Assembly (NCBI RefSeq): GCF_009914755.1
Contig: NC_060946.1
DNA from: the human T2T-CHM13v2.0 reference genome, Homo sapiens
Direction: 5' to 3' (one strand)
Length of the DNA stretch: 64,000 nt
Shown here: positions 16,231 to 30,141 of the stretch, piece after piece
Position numbering within the stretch: the stretch's first letter is position 1
How the letters are laid out: each line of letters opens with the position of its first letter
The notes under the pieces: model-generated
Databases searched by the model: none
Seen by the model: only the letters and a program-made list of their open reading frames with translations
What the model was told of the DNA's origin: nothing
Program-made: the position numbers and the translations under genes

Positions 16231-16429
16231 GCGTTGCCGGCCGCACGTGAGCCGACGCCCCAAAGCGCGGCTGCTGGCGCCGGCTACGAGATCAAGGTCG
16301 GCGCGTGCGCGCTTGCGCGAGACCGGCATTCTCAGCCCCGCGCCGGTTTCCAGGGAGCTGGGCGCATGCGCCGCGTAAGGGGACCGGCCGGCGGAAGGAG
16401 GTGCTACTGCCGGAAGCGCCGGCGCGCTT

Positions 16430-16789
16430 GCGCAGTAGCTGAACGCGGGCGTTTCTTTCCTCCCTTTTTTTCGAATTGGTTTTGGGGGTAGATTCGAGTT
16501 ACAAAATGGCCGCCCGGAGTGTGTTCGGCGCGGTTCCCCCAGCTGTCTCTGGCTGAACCGGCGCTCTCGCCTCCCTGCCGAACACAGCGTGAGGAGCCCC
16601 CCCAGGGACATGGTGTTTGAGTCTCTGGGCTTGCCGAGCACTAAGTCCTCTGAGTTCCGCAGCGCAGCACCGGAAGCGGCCGAGCGCGCTCAGCCCGGCG
16701 ACCCCTGCGGGCTCCAGACCCCTGCGCCGCTGCGCCCCGGGTTTCGCCGCAACCAAGACCCAGCGAGTGCAGCGGCGGCCGCCGAGGAG
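16430..16789 (+). other. NUP50: NUP50 exon 1 (5' leader; TSS approximate)
   Basis: Ends at strong donor GAG|GTGAGG (16789/16790) followed by a G-rich intron start. Confidence 0.8.
16506..16556 (+). other. uORF1 (MAARSVFGAVPPAVSG*)
   Basis: AAAATGG strong Kozak; 16 codons plus TGA; included only if the TSS is upstream of 16506. Confidence 0.55.
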
Positions 16790-17749
16790 GTGAGGGGCGG
16801 CGGCGGGCGCGGGAGGAGAAGAGGCTGAGGGCGGGAGCCTGGTGCTGAGAGCCCAGGGCCGGGAGGGCGGGAGCGGGCTCGGGCCTGGGAGGGGAGTGCG
16901 AGTGCAGGGCTGGGGACTGGACCCTGGGGAGGGAGGTGCGGGTTCAGCGCCGGGGGACGGGCCCCTGGGGAGGGGTGCGGGGCCGGGGGACCAGACCCTG
17001 GGGAGGGGCTTACGGGGCTGGAGGACGGGACCCTGGGAAGTGGGGTACAGGGCTAGAGGTCGGGACTCTAGGGAGGGAGCCTGGGTCGGGCGCACGGGCC
17101 GGGCGGGGCGCGCGGTGGGGGAGCGACGGGTGGAGGGTGGGGTGGGATGACAGCGGCGACGCAGCCCCGGCTGTTTTTGAAGCGGGGCCCGGGCCTCACC
17201 GGGCTGCGGCGTCCGACTCGAGTGAGACTCTCCCCTGCGGCCCCGCCGGAGGTAGGGGGCTGGCAGGGCTGTCCTGGCGTGGTCTTCTCCGTTTCCTTCC
17301 TAGCGATTCCTCTCGAGCCTCCTCTCCCCCTGGCCGCCCCTCATCTCTCTTCTCTTGGGCGCATTACCTCTCTGGCCTATCTTACTGCGTTCCCGGGTCA
17401 TTCATCACCCATTTGCTCGGTTCCATTAAGAACCAGCTTGGAGATTAGGTATTTCTGTCTCCTTACTTGGCCCCCTTGTTGTTTTCCTCCAACAAGGCAC
17501 TTCACTATTAAGTGTAGCCAAATCTGTGTTTTCGTTTTAAGGTGATGTTGACAAGTTGAGCTTTCCAAGGGCAGAGCTACACCAGATGCCAGAGACCACA
17601 TAACTATATCAGGCACAAATAATGTTTTTTTCCAGTTTACCTAGACTTTCAGTCTCCCACCACGTTGCTTCATACCTAGAAATCATGTCTAATTTGGTTT
17701 TTTACCCACAAACGCAAACGTTTTTTAAATTCCCTTTTATTGATTGTTT

Positions 17750-17991
17750 GATTGAGACTGGGTCTTGCTTTGTCACCAGGCCTCAGTGTAGTGGTAGCTC
17801 ACTGTGTAGCCTGAAGCTCCTGGGCTCAAGTGATTCTCCTGCCTCAGCTTTCCAAGTAGCTGGGACCACAGGCGTGCGCCACTACGCTCGGCTAATTTTT
17901 TATTTCTATTCATCTAATCTATGTCCATCTTTATTTTCGTAGAGACCAAGTTGGTTTCCAACTCCTGGCTTCAAGAGATCCTTCCGCCTCC
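17750..17991 (-). mobile_element. Alu (AluJ-type, degenerate)
   Basis: Antisense Alu motifs. Confidence 0.75.
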
Positions 17992-18760
17992 CTTAAGTTC
18001 TTCATAACAGTAGCTAGACATAAGACTCCAGGTGCCAGGCCTTGTTCTGAATATTTTACAGAGGGTTTTTTCTCCCCCCCACTTCTAGCATAAAAGTAAA
18101 ATGTATTGTCTGAAGTGTCATGCTTTGAAATAAAATAGGGATTTGGTAAAATATTTGTAAAAATCTGGTTTGTAATCCAAGTTATTCTTCTTCCATGCTA
18201 CAACTTTTACGTTTTGGAGGGAAAATGATAGTTTATAGCCTTTGCTTCTAATAAAACTTGTTTCTTTAATAATTTATTAAGCCCTTCCTCTGCTCCAGGC
18301 ACTGTTCTAAGCCAGTCTTTGTTTATCTTAACTTTCTTAATACTTCCTGTTCCACAGATGAAGAAACTGAGGCACAAAAATTAAATATAACTTGCCCAAG
18401 TTCTCACAGCTAGAAAATGGCAAAACTGGGATGCCAGCATCTTTTAGTATTTTTTGAAATACTTTATGCTCACTGGGGAAATACTTCCCCAGCTCACTGA
18501 TCTAATGACAGACAGGACACCTGCTGTTTGAGCTGGGCACTGTTGGGGCATTTGGAGTATATCTGTAAACAAAACAAAGATCCCTGCGTTTTGGTTATAT
18601 ACTGATTTGGTGAGTATGTTAGGACGTGGAAGCCCCTACATTTATTTAGACTATTTTACTGCGTCACCTGTCTCTTCATTGTGGGTATGAGTTAGAAGTT
18701 ACAATTTTACTATTACAGTTTTTGTGTATTCAGCTCCATCCCTTTTTTCTCCACAGCTAA

Positions 18761-19083
<323 letters not shown>

Positions 19084-20658
19084 TAGCAAACGTGACCGTT
19101 GGTGACTTCTTACTTCTCCAACCCTCTGGTGGAGACATTAGTTAATGAGTAGGAAAATTGCCAAAAAGAATCCGTACAGAGACCTGGTTTCTGCACAGTA
19201 AAGAATTATGTCTATTCCTGTATTTGTTTTTGTTTGTATGACAAAGATTAATGGCAAAACTTAACGAAGTGTTTTTGGGTGGACATTAAAAAGAGAGGGT
19301 TCCCAGCGAATGGAAAGTGTATTTATTTCTCATCCTTTATATTTTAGAATCTTGGACTTTAATATCATTTGTAATCAGAAAAATAGCATAAACTTACAAA
19401 ATTTAAAAATCACTAAAATGTATTAAAAGCTGACAGCCCGTATGTAATTACTCCACTGGCCATCAAATTGTAGAGGCCTTTGGAATACCAGCATTTGCAT
19501 TTTACTTTTAGATACTAAAGAGTGATATGTCACCTCATATCTTAGCGACCACTTTGTGGGGTTGTAATACACTCTGTATTACACAATACACCAGAATAAG
19601 GAAGCTTACTCTGGTGTATTGTGGTGTTGAGAGCAAACAAGAGTGGGGAGAGTATCACGAAGGAGTTCAGGCAGGTTTAACAAGACCTGGCAGGTCCCCA
19701 AAACTAATCAGTAAGTTTTTGGGCGAGGTGGGTAGCAGGGGAAATGGAAAGGTTTTTTGTCCAGCTGGAGAGTTAGTGAAGAAGGCAGCACAACACTCAT
19801 AGCGGAGCTCTGGGTTGTGGGTTTTCTTTGTTTTGTTGTTATGATATTAAGATCAGAAAACAAATCGTAAATTTTAAGGGATGGACAGGAGCACCCTCTT
19901 TGGTTAGGTGCCGGAATCCACTGCAGAGTTCACGCCGTTCCCCAACTCCTGCCCCTTCCACTAATGCCATCGTATTGAAGAGTTAAGCCAATGATTTGTT
20001 TTTGAAAGGTTGTAAGTTCCCAGAATACTAACACACCCATGTTAATCATTTTGGACTTCTAATTGTCTTGGCAATATACAATTTGAAGCAACAAAATGTT
20101 CAGTCTTGGGAACCATGTATCTCTGTCGGCTGTAGCTTAAAGAACAGTATTCGTGTTGTGAAGGCGTTTCCAGCCCGTTATTCGTATTCTTACTGAAAGA
20201 TACACTTCTTTAATGGGTCATCTTTAAGAGAATTTTAAATATTAAAATTATTTTCCTTATGACAAGACTTTCAGTATGTATATGCGTAGAATAAGTTAAG
20301 GACTTTCTGATTATATATACAGTACTTCAGATTCCAGATTTTTAAAAAATCAATTGATATTTCATTTTAATTTTTCCAAATGGAGTCGGTTTAGTGTTGT
20401 TCAGGACTGCTGGTGTTCCCTAGGAATCTTCTTCTGCCTCCTGGAAAAAGCCTTTATTGATTTGTAACACTGGGAGCCTAACAGCACCAATGTAAAGTTC
20501 TCATTAAAGCAGTTTCCAGATGCTTTTTTTCCCTGATAAAAAAACCAGAGATGTTTTTATCTCACTTCATGCTAGAGTGAATTTTTAAAATTCTTTATAA
20601 GAATTTATTCTTCTAGAAAAATAAACTCTTCTGTTTTCTATAACTTAGGTTCGAAAAC

Positions 20659-20727
20659 ATGGCCAAAAGAAATGCCGAGAAGGAACTGACAGATAGGAAT
20701 TGGGATCAAGAAGATGAAGCTGAAGAG
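20659..20727 (+). CDS. NUP50: NUP50 coding exon 2 (exon starts 20649): MAKRNAEKELTDRNWDQEDEAEE
   Basis: ttag|GTTCGAAAACATGG; donor GAG|gtaaaa; recognised NUP50 N-terminus (importin-alpha-binding segment). Confidence 0.97.
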
Positions 20728-21288
20728 GTAAAAAGCAGCTTCCCTAAGAATGATTTCCTGTTTCTTTTGCCTTTTACATTCATTTTGGGGTTCCTCATGA
20801 AGACTTGTGACAGAACTAAAAGACCTTTCTAAGAACATCATGAATGGGAGATGACAAGAAATTATATGACCTGTACTTAGTGTAGATATTTATTAATTAC
20901 ATTTCTGTGACCTCTAGTTAGTGTAGAAATGTATTAATTACATTTAGATGTGCTTTTCCACTAGTGCCTGCTCCTTAAATATTCTCCTTAGTAGAAGCAC
21001 TTTTCCTCCTGAGTTTCGTATACTTGAAGCATTCTGAACCCATGTTTGCAGTAAGCCATTTTAGTCATGACTGAAGGCTGAGTTAAGTGATGTAGTCATG
21101 AACTTAGCACACTGCCCAGATGTGAAAGTGGTACACCATCACCATCTTGGTCTGTGGTACTCCGTTTCCCTAATGCTTCTTGGAGGCCTGCTTTATTTCC
21201 TTTTCTTAATGGTAGACCTGAGACCCCTAACAATTGCATTTATAGGAATAGAATTGAGATTGGCCTAGTTCCTTTTCCAGCAGAATAA

Positions 21289-21855
<567 letters not shown>

Positions 21856-21884
21856 AAGAATAAAACACAGCTGTACTTATAGGA

Positions 21885-22851
21885 TGTGGGCGAAGGATTA
21901 CCCAGGTGCCGAGGCAAGAGACTGAAGGCACAAACTGTTTCAGTATAATACATAAAATAGTTAGAATAAGAATAGTCATAATACAAATTAGATACAGAGA
22001 TGATCACGGGCATTATCAATCATTAGTATAAACATTACTAGTCATTAGCTTTTAATATTACTCTTTGTTGTACTACTAATATAACCAAGGAATAACCGGC
22101 AGATACAGGGTCAGGTGCTGAAGGGACATTGTGAGAAGTGACCTAGAAGGCAAGAGGTGAGCCAGCCCTCTGTCACGCCCGCATAAGGGCCGCTTGAGGG
22201 CTCCTTGGTCAAGTGGTAACGCCAGTGCCTGGGAAGGCACCTGTTACTTAGTAGACCGTGAAAGGGAGTCTCCTTTACTTGGAGGAGTCAGGGAACACTC
22301 TGCTCCACCACCTTCTTGTGGGAGATTGGATATTGTCCAGGCTTGCCAGTAGTCATCCAGAGGCTTGAACCCCTCCCTGTGGTGCTGTGCTTCAGTGGTC
22401 ACACTCCTTGTCCACATTCATGCTCCTCCCGTAGTCCTGGTTCCTCTTTGAAGTTCTTAGTAGATAGCAGTAGAAGAAATAGTGAAAGTTTTAAAGTCTT
22501 TGATCTTTCTGATAAGTGCATAGAAGAAAATGCTAACGTACGCTGCCTTCCTTCTCTGCTTCAGCTACCTAAAAGGGAAGGGCCCCTGTCCCATGATCAC
22601 GTGACTTGCTTGACCTTGTCAATCCCCTGGACGACTCATCCTCCTCACCCTGCTCCCTTGTCTTGTATGCAATAAATATCAGCACGCCCAGCCATTCAGG
22701 GCCACTGCCGGTCTCCGTGTCTTGGTGGTAGTAGTCCCCCAGGCCCAGCTGTTTTCTCTTTATCTCTTTGTCTTGTGTCTTTATTTCTTACAATCTCTGT
22801 TTCCCCCTTCGAGGAGAACACCCGCAAAGCCCAGTAGGGCTGGACTCTACA
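21885..22851 (+). mobile_element. LTR13 (ERVK-class) solo LTR in NUP50 intron 2
   Basis: Starts tgtgggcgaaggattacccaggtgccgaggcaagagactgaaggc; ends gtagggctggactctaca; AATAAA 22671-22676. Confidence 0.85.
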
Positions 22852-23677
22852 GTCGTACCTTATCAGCAGTGTGTTACCCCCAGGCCAGATGACTAAGGAA
22901 ATCTGTAACCACGACTTTCAGGTTAACAGCATAGTGCTAAGTGAAAAAAGAAAAATGTTAAAACTGCAACTGTTTCCAAGCTTATTCTTAGACGGCCATC
23001 TTCCTTCTTTTGGAATCTTTCTGGTACTAGTACTTTTTTTCTCTACAAGTGTATCTCCTCACATATGTTTAGGGAAACCAGAATCCCAAGGATGTGAGTG
23101 TTTTGACAGGGTCAAAACTGATTTGGTGCTTTTTAACTAAAATCTTTGGTTATGGGGGTTTTTGGTTTTTTGTTGTTGTTGGTTTAAGATCTTAAGCACA
23201 GTTACATTCTGGGCTATAGTAACATCTAGATTACCATGTAACTATTTGCTTAGACATTAAAATATTCAGGAATGAAAGAACTCCCATTCGAACATATGCC
23301 AATGAAATGTGTGGAAAGATTACATTTAGTTAAGTACATTTAACTTGGGGCAAGTGCAGCCAGATGGTCCCCTCTATGAGTGTAGGAGCCCGTTAAGTTT
23401 AATATGATCTGAAACAACTATAGGTGAGAATTTTTGCATGAGAAATATTTTATTCCGACCCTACAGGGTAAAAGAAGGGCTATAAACTAAAGCCGAAGAT
23501 ATTCAGCAGCTTTCTGACGTGGACATCAGAAGTGTGGACATGAGTGTGCTTTGAGCGCACTGTGGAAGAGCAGTGGTTGTCCAGCAAGGTCCTAGGTGCC
23601 TCCGTGGCCTTTCGTACAGTGGGCAAGTTGGGCAGGACTCATCTTAAAAATCATGTGTATGTTATAAATAACAAAAT

Positions 23678-23960
<283 letters not shown>

Positions 23961-24078
23961 AAAATTTATTTTTGAGAGGCCGGACACAGTGGCTCAGTTC
24001 TAGCTTGTTGTTGTTGTTGAGGATTTTGTCATCTGTTTGGCTTTATCTTACTGCTGCTTAATTTGTATTGTATTGCAG

Positions 24079-24162
24079 GTGGGAACATTCTCCATGGCCA
24101 GTGAGGAAGTCTTGAAGAATAGAGCCATAAAGAAAGCAAAGCGCAGAAATGTTGGATTTGAA
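24079..24162 (+). CDS. NUP50: NUP50 exon 3: VGTFSMASEEVLKNRAIKKAKRRNVGFE (Met29 at 24094)
   Basis: tgcag|GTG...GAA|gtgagt; 84 nt, phase 0/0. Confidence 0.97.
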
Positions 24163-24865
24163 GTGAGTGCCCCCTTACAGCTCTTGCTATTAAATACTCA
24201 TTTGATTTCTGGGTTGCACAGCAATCCCTCCGCTGGGAGCAATGATATCAACAAATGCTTTCTTAAAATACTTATTCTTTGATGTAGGTCATGGGAGATA
24301 GAAAAAAATAAGAAACGTCAGGTCTGGACCTTAAAGAGAGCTTATCCAGTTGAGGAAATAAGATAAATATAGACAAATTCAAGTTGAGTGACAATCTGGA
24401 GAAGAAAAATGAGCAAAGCAATACAGAGGTGGGCGAAGTGGCATCAGATTGGAGGAAGAAAGGAAAACGCAAGGATCTTCTGAGAGTCTTGTCTGCTCCC
24501 TGCGATTGAGGCCTTGGTAGGGGGAGCCCTTTCACTATACTAGAGGCATTTTAGGTGTGGATTTTTTGCTAGTATAGTATATTAAAATGATTCATTCCTG
24601 TGCTAAGAAGGATGGAAGATGAGTTGTAACTCCTAAATTGAAATAATGTGCTGATTATTAAGCAGTCACTCCGCATCTAAGAACTCGTCCCCAGTACATC
24701 CTCTCCCTTCAGATACATTCTAGACCCAGGAGAGTGTGGTCTTGGTGGCCTGGACATCTGGTGTTAGGCAGGAGATGCCGCTTTGAATATCCTGGGTGGC
24801 AGCTTTGAAATAAACCTACCCTACCTCACGTTTTGCAGTGTTTAAAACATCAAGAATAGACTATA

Positions 24866-25070
24866 TTCTTGGGTGTCTCTAATCTGGAAATCCAAAATGC
24901 TCCAAGATCTGAAGCTTTTTGAGCACCAACGTGATGCTCCAAGGAAATAGTCATTGGAGGATCTCAAATGGTCAGGTTAGAGGTGCCGTGCCAGTAAGCA
25001 TAATGCAGACTTCCTGAGAGCGGAAATACTTACTTTCCTGAGCGTTCTCCTTAAGGGACATGCAAGCTTA
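24866..25070. mobile_element. Tigger4a/MER46-like DNA transposon remnant
   Basis: taatctggaaatccaaaatgctccaagatctgaagctttttgagcacc...ggaaatagtcattggag. Confidence 0.6.
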
Positions 25071-26662
25071 TTTCCCTTTTATTTCCAAAAAAAAAGGATA
25101 GGAAAGGTGTATCATTCACACTTTGAGAAGCAATGAAAAGAAATTGTTATTACAAAAATATTCATTACATTGCCAAAGTTTTGATCATAAAATGTATTAA
25201 AGTTTGAAAACGTAAGGAAGGGAGCCAGGTAGGTGGCAGTGGTGGGGAGGCAGTCAGTAAGACGTTTACAACAGCCAGTCACTCAGAGCGTCTCATAAAT
25301 GGTGGTATGTGTTAATGGGAAAACAATTCAAATTATAAAAATAAAGTATTCGCAATTTTCCTAAAATATATTACTGTATATACCAATATAGTGTAATTCG
25401 AGGCAGAGATACGTAATCCTACATGAAATCGATTCTCAGGTGGTTCTGGGTAGTCTTGAACGTCTTTAGGATGCCATGGCTAATGTCATAAGTGTGTGCT
25501 CTTTCTCTGCTCCATTGCATGCTTCAGATGCATGAGAGGAGCTTCATTTCCTGACGTTGTAAAAGCTCTTTCATGTAGAATTCAGGTTAACGGGTTGCAC
25601 TGCCAAGAAAGGAAGTAGGTACAGAGGAAGCATATCTCAGATCCAAGCTAGAGATTAGGTCTTGTGTTTTGTAATTAATTAATTATATTTTGCTTAAAAA
25701 TTGTATTTCTTATTTGACAAAAATTATATACTTATGGTGTACAACATGGTCTTATTTTCAGATGCATAATACATTTCTACCTGCCTGTTGTACAGTAAAC
25801 CTCTTGAACTTCAGGTGTTTTTTTTTTTTTTTTGTCTGGTTTGATTTTATGAATTGCCTTGACTGGTGACTAGGTGGTAGACGTAGGTGTTGAGCTGAGT
25901 GATATTTGATGGCTCTTTCACTGGGAAGATACATGGGGGGAGGGACAGTTTAATTAAGGAGGAAATGGTTGGTCTTGGAAATGCTGTATTTGAAAGGCCT
26001 TGGTACACTCAAGTGGAGTGCCCTGGAAGACCACTAGGTATACAACAGGAATTATGGCAAGGATGGGCACAGCTCCGGCAGCTTTCGTCATGTGGGGGAT
26101 TGAGGCCATGGGAATGGGCGACAGGAGGCATGCAGGTGGAGGGTCCTACGAGGAGTGAGAAACAAAGCTCACTGCAGAAGCCAAGGGAAGCCATTCTGAA
26201 GGAGGGGCAGTCACCTGTGCAACCGAAGGAAGTTCAAGAGGTAGAAATAGTACAGACCATAATCTACAACTTAAGCTGAAGGGATGAGGGAAGGAGAGGG
26301 CAGGAGCCCTTGGGCAACTAAGGGAAATTAAGTGTAGGTGGATAATAGAAATCCACAGATAATTTTAGCTGTAACTCTTAGCCTGAAGTTTTCATATATT
26401 AGGACAATTAAATGTCATGTCACCCACCAGAATGCTGAAATGCGGCTTTTCCTAAATAGTGGATTCAGTAGATCTGCTAAGCACTGGAGATGTATTGGTG
26501 AGTAAAAAAGACCAAAATCATCTTGCCCTATGGAAGAGAACAAATACATAGTATTAATTTTTCCTCTGTAAGTGCCATGGGGAACAGTAAAACCAATGAG
26601 GGAAATTGAGGGATGTGGGGCTGTGTCAGTGCCCATGGAGGAGCCCACATGGGTATTTTCCC

Positions 26663-26954
26663 TTTTTTTTTTTTTTTGAGACAGGGTCTTTGTCGCCCAG
26701 GCTGGAGTGCGGTGGCACAATCTTGACTCTCTGCAACCGCCGCCTCCTGAGCTGAAGCAATCCTCCTGCCTCAGCCTCCTGAGTAGCTGGGACTACAGGC
26801 ATGCGCCACCACACCCAGCTAATTTTTGCATTTTTGTAGAGAGGGGGTCTCACTCTGTTGCCCAGGGTGGTTTCAAACTCCTGGGCTCAAGTGACCTGAA
26901 TGTCTCGGCCTCCCAAAGTACTGGTATTATAGGCATGAGCCACCACACCTGGCC
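26663..26954 (-). mobile_element. Alu (AluJ-type)
   Basis: poly(T) plus antisense Alu. Confidence 0.88.
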
Positions 26955-28371
26955 CCTTGATGAATATCTTAATCAACTTTTACTCTCATTTTTCTGAATA
27001 TCTTTTTTTTGTTTAACTTGTGGTTCTTGAATTTTTGTTGTGATTCTAGAGCCAATTTACTATCAGCAATTTCTAAAATCCCTACAAGTGACTTTTAACT
27101 TTGTGCAAAATCGGAGGCTCTGAAAAGCCACTTAATGGCTTTATAGTTTGTCCATGAATCATTGTTTTAAAATGACAGCTATCAGTGTGGTGGGTTTGGA
27201 ATTTTAAATGATGAAAAATCAAATGTAGAGCAACAGAATCTAAGCTCTGTTTATTATGTGCATTAAAACTCATACAAGTTACAATTTTCCATTCTTTGCC
27301 TCATTTTATTGCCTTAAATATATCAGTGGTCAGTAAACATCTGAAATTCTGTAGATGAGATTGAAACTTTGGTTTTGGAAAAACATGCAGTAATATTTAG
27401 GCTGACTGGCCCATTTAGTAAATGAAGGGGTTCCAGTTTAATTTTTTTTTTTTTCTGGTGAAATCATGGTTATAATTCACTCATGTGGAAACTTAAGATT
27501 TGTGAACTGTCTCTTAGATGTTCGGTCTAAGAAGCAGATCACTTCCTATAATGTAATCACTTCTTTGAACAACAACAAAAAAGGGCTTCTAAAAATTGTG
27601 GTGAGTTTATTTAGCAAAGCACTATAAACCGAGGAACCTTTCTCCAAAAGTTCCAGGGGCAGAGAGGAGCTTTAGAATTCATACGGAATGCCACACATTT
27701 CCAGAGCATCTTAGGTTAGAGATGTGAGCAGGCTAGCACAAAGGGAAAAGGCCTACTAGAAAAACCTTGTTAAAACAATCGAGTTTAAGGAAGCAGTGAG
27801 GAAAAGGAGAGTAAGAAGTTGTCCCGGGTTGTTCAGCTAACAGGAACATGTAGATTTGAGACTCGATCATCTAAGTTTTTGTAGGCTGAAAGCAGTTGCA
27901 AGCCACAGATGTTAAGAAATTAGGCAAATGGATATTTTTAGTTAACCTACCTTGATGTTTTTATCATTTCTTTAGGCAGTAAATGGTCTTTGACTGAGTA
28001 GTACATGAAGTATCTTTCATTTGGGATTTAGTTTTATTGAGCCGCTTCAGTAATTCTGAGGCTGGGTGGTGGGTACATAGGTTTATTGCATTAGTCTTTC
28101 TTACCTTTTATGTCCTAAAAATACACATAATATATTTTTTAAATGTCCTTCCTGCCTGTTTCAGGAAAGCAGCTTTGGGTTGCAAAGCTGTTCTTATGAA
28201 TACAATCTTCCCATCTCATTTCTTATTTCTGCTTGTGCCAGCAGTTTGCCTTATAACGCTGACTGCATGTGGAGTCTAGGTGCTGTTTAGCCAAGATGCT
28301 GTTGTCACTCACTTGCTTTTTGGTAATAGAAAGTACACTTACCTAATGTGTGCTCCTCCTTCATACTTCAG

Positions 28372-28558
28372 TCTGACACTGGAGGAGCCTTTAAAGGTTT
28401 TAAAGGTTTGGTGGTACCTTCTGGAGGAGGACGCTTTTCTGGATTTGGTAGTGGCGCTGGAGGGAAGCCTTTGGAAGGACTGTCGAATGGAAACAACATA
28501 ACCAGTGCCCCTCCCTTCGCCAGTGCAAAGGCAGCGGCAGATCCCAAGGTAGCCTTTG
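28372..28558 (+). CDS. NUP50: NUP50 exon 4: SDTGGAFKGFKGLVVPSGGGRFSGFGSG...DPKVAF(G)
   Basis: ttcag|TCT...TTTG|gtaagt; 187 nt, phase 0/1; FG motifs. Confidence 0.97.
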
Positions 28559-29194
28559 GTAAGTAGCTCCCATCCCCCAGCCGCCTGTGTAAGTATCATC
28601 TATGGAAAATAGCTTTACAAAGATGTTTTTCTTATAGCTACCCTGTGTCTTGGAACTGTGTGAGCAAAACCAGGGTGATAATGAAAGAGATGGAACTTAG
28701 GGAGGTGTCGGTTACTTACAGAGTAAGTGGGTAGAGCACAGGCTTTTGATCCAAAACATCTCAGCTTTGTTCTCAGCTCTGCTGGCTACCAGTTGTGTGA
28801 CCCTGGCCTCTAGGCCTCAGAATGTTCAATTTTGAAAGGAGAGTGGCCCTCAGAATTGACCTAGAGTCGAGAGAGAAAAGAAAATGCTATGTAGACCCTT
28901 TGTGTGCCAAGGGCTTTCTGTGTGCCTCGCACCAAACTGGCTACTGGGAACTCAGATGCGGTTCTCCGTGGCCAGGGTGCCTCCCACGCTAGGTTTGTTT
29001 GGGTATGGGATGTGTTGATTGCCTGATCCTGTTTTGAGGGAGTCAGTCAAAAACTCTTGGAATTAGCAACAGAGAATAGGATCACGGGTTAAAAGCTTGG
29101 AAATGATCCTGACTGGTTGGGTTGTATTTAGCTGATTATTCTGAGAGTATATACTGTTTGATTTTAATTTGGCAGAATGTTTAGTGTGATGTAA

Positions 29195-29517
<323 letters not shown>

Positions 29518-29536
29518 TCTGTTAAGATTTTTAACT

Positions 29537-30010
29537 ACAGCCATCCCCTAGTATCCTGGGGATTGGTTTCAGCACCCCCTTGGATGTTCAAGTCCCATAG
29601 TCAGACCAGCATAACTCTTAGATAGGAAAAGTGAGTGTTCGTATCCACTGGTTTCTCATCCCCAGAGTACTGCATTGAGACAGGGTCTCGCTCTGTCACC
29701 TAGGCTGGAGTGTATTGGTGTGGTCTTGGCTCACTGCAGCCACAACCTCCTGAGCTCAAGTGATCCTCCCCCATCAGCCTCCCCAGTAGCTGGGATTATA
29801 GGTACACACCACCACACTCAGCTAATTTTTACATTTTTTGTAGAGATGGGGTTTTGCCATGTTGCCCAGGCTGGTCTCAAACTCCTGAGCTCAAGCGATT
29901 TGCCCACCTCAGCCTCCCAAAGTGTTGGGATTACATGCGTGAGCCACCACACCTGGCTGAGGACTGCATTTCACAGGTGTAGAACCTGCAGGTACAGAGG
30001 GGAGACTGTA
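29537..30010. mobile_element. MER2/Tigger2-family DNA element split by antisense AluJ (29675-29958)
   Basis: cagccatcccctagtatcctggggattggtttcag...cagaggggagactgta; TSD-like actgcatt on both sides of the Alu. Confidence 0.65.
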
Positions 30011-30101
30011 CTTTAATACTGTTCATCCCAACAACCTTGGGGATTAAGTGTTAATGCTGACCTGCTGTTCTAACAGTGCTGTTTGAAATAGGCATCCTTT
30101 T

Positions 30102-30141
30102 GTCTACTGCCACACCACCCTCGACGCGCCCGATCACATCT
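30102..30141 (+). pseudogene. 3'-truncated 5S rRNA retrocopy (first 40 nt)
   Basis: gtctactgccacaccaccctcgacgcgcccgatcacatct matches the 5S rRNA 5' end at 34/40 (vs recalled GTCTACGGCCATACCACCCTGAACGCGCCCGATCTCGTCT); 16-bp TSD with 2 mismatches. Confidence 0.85.

Larger units (their letters stand above)
15930..17350. promoter_or_regulatory. CpG island / bidirectional promoter of NUP50 and the divergent transcript
   Basis: Dense CpG; NRF1-like GCGCATGCGC 16362-16371 and GCGCTTGCGC 16309-16318, 16424-16433; ETS CCGGAAG 16410-16416; E-box CACGTG 16244-16249; YY1-like AAAATGGCCGCC 16503-16514; no obvious TATA box. Confidence 0.9.

Noticed and set aside
16058-17545. Long overlapping ORFs (up to 198 aa) in the CpG island
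   Set aside because: Expected from stop-codon depletion in GC-rich DNA, mostly with GTG/TTG starts; only the two AUG uORFs in exon 1 were kept.
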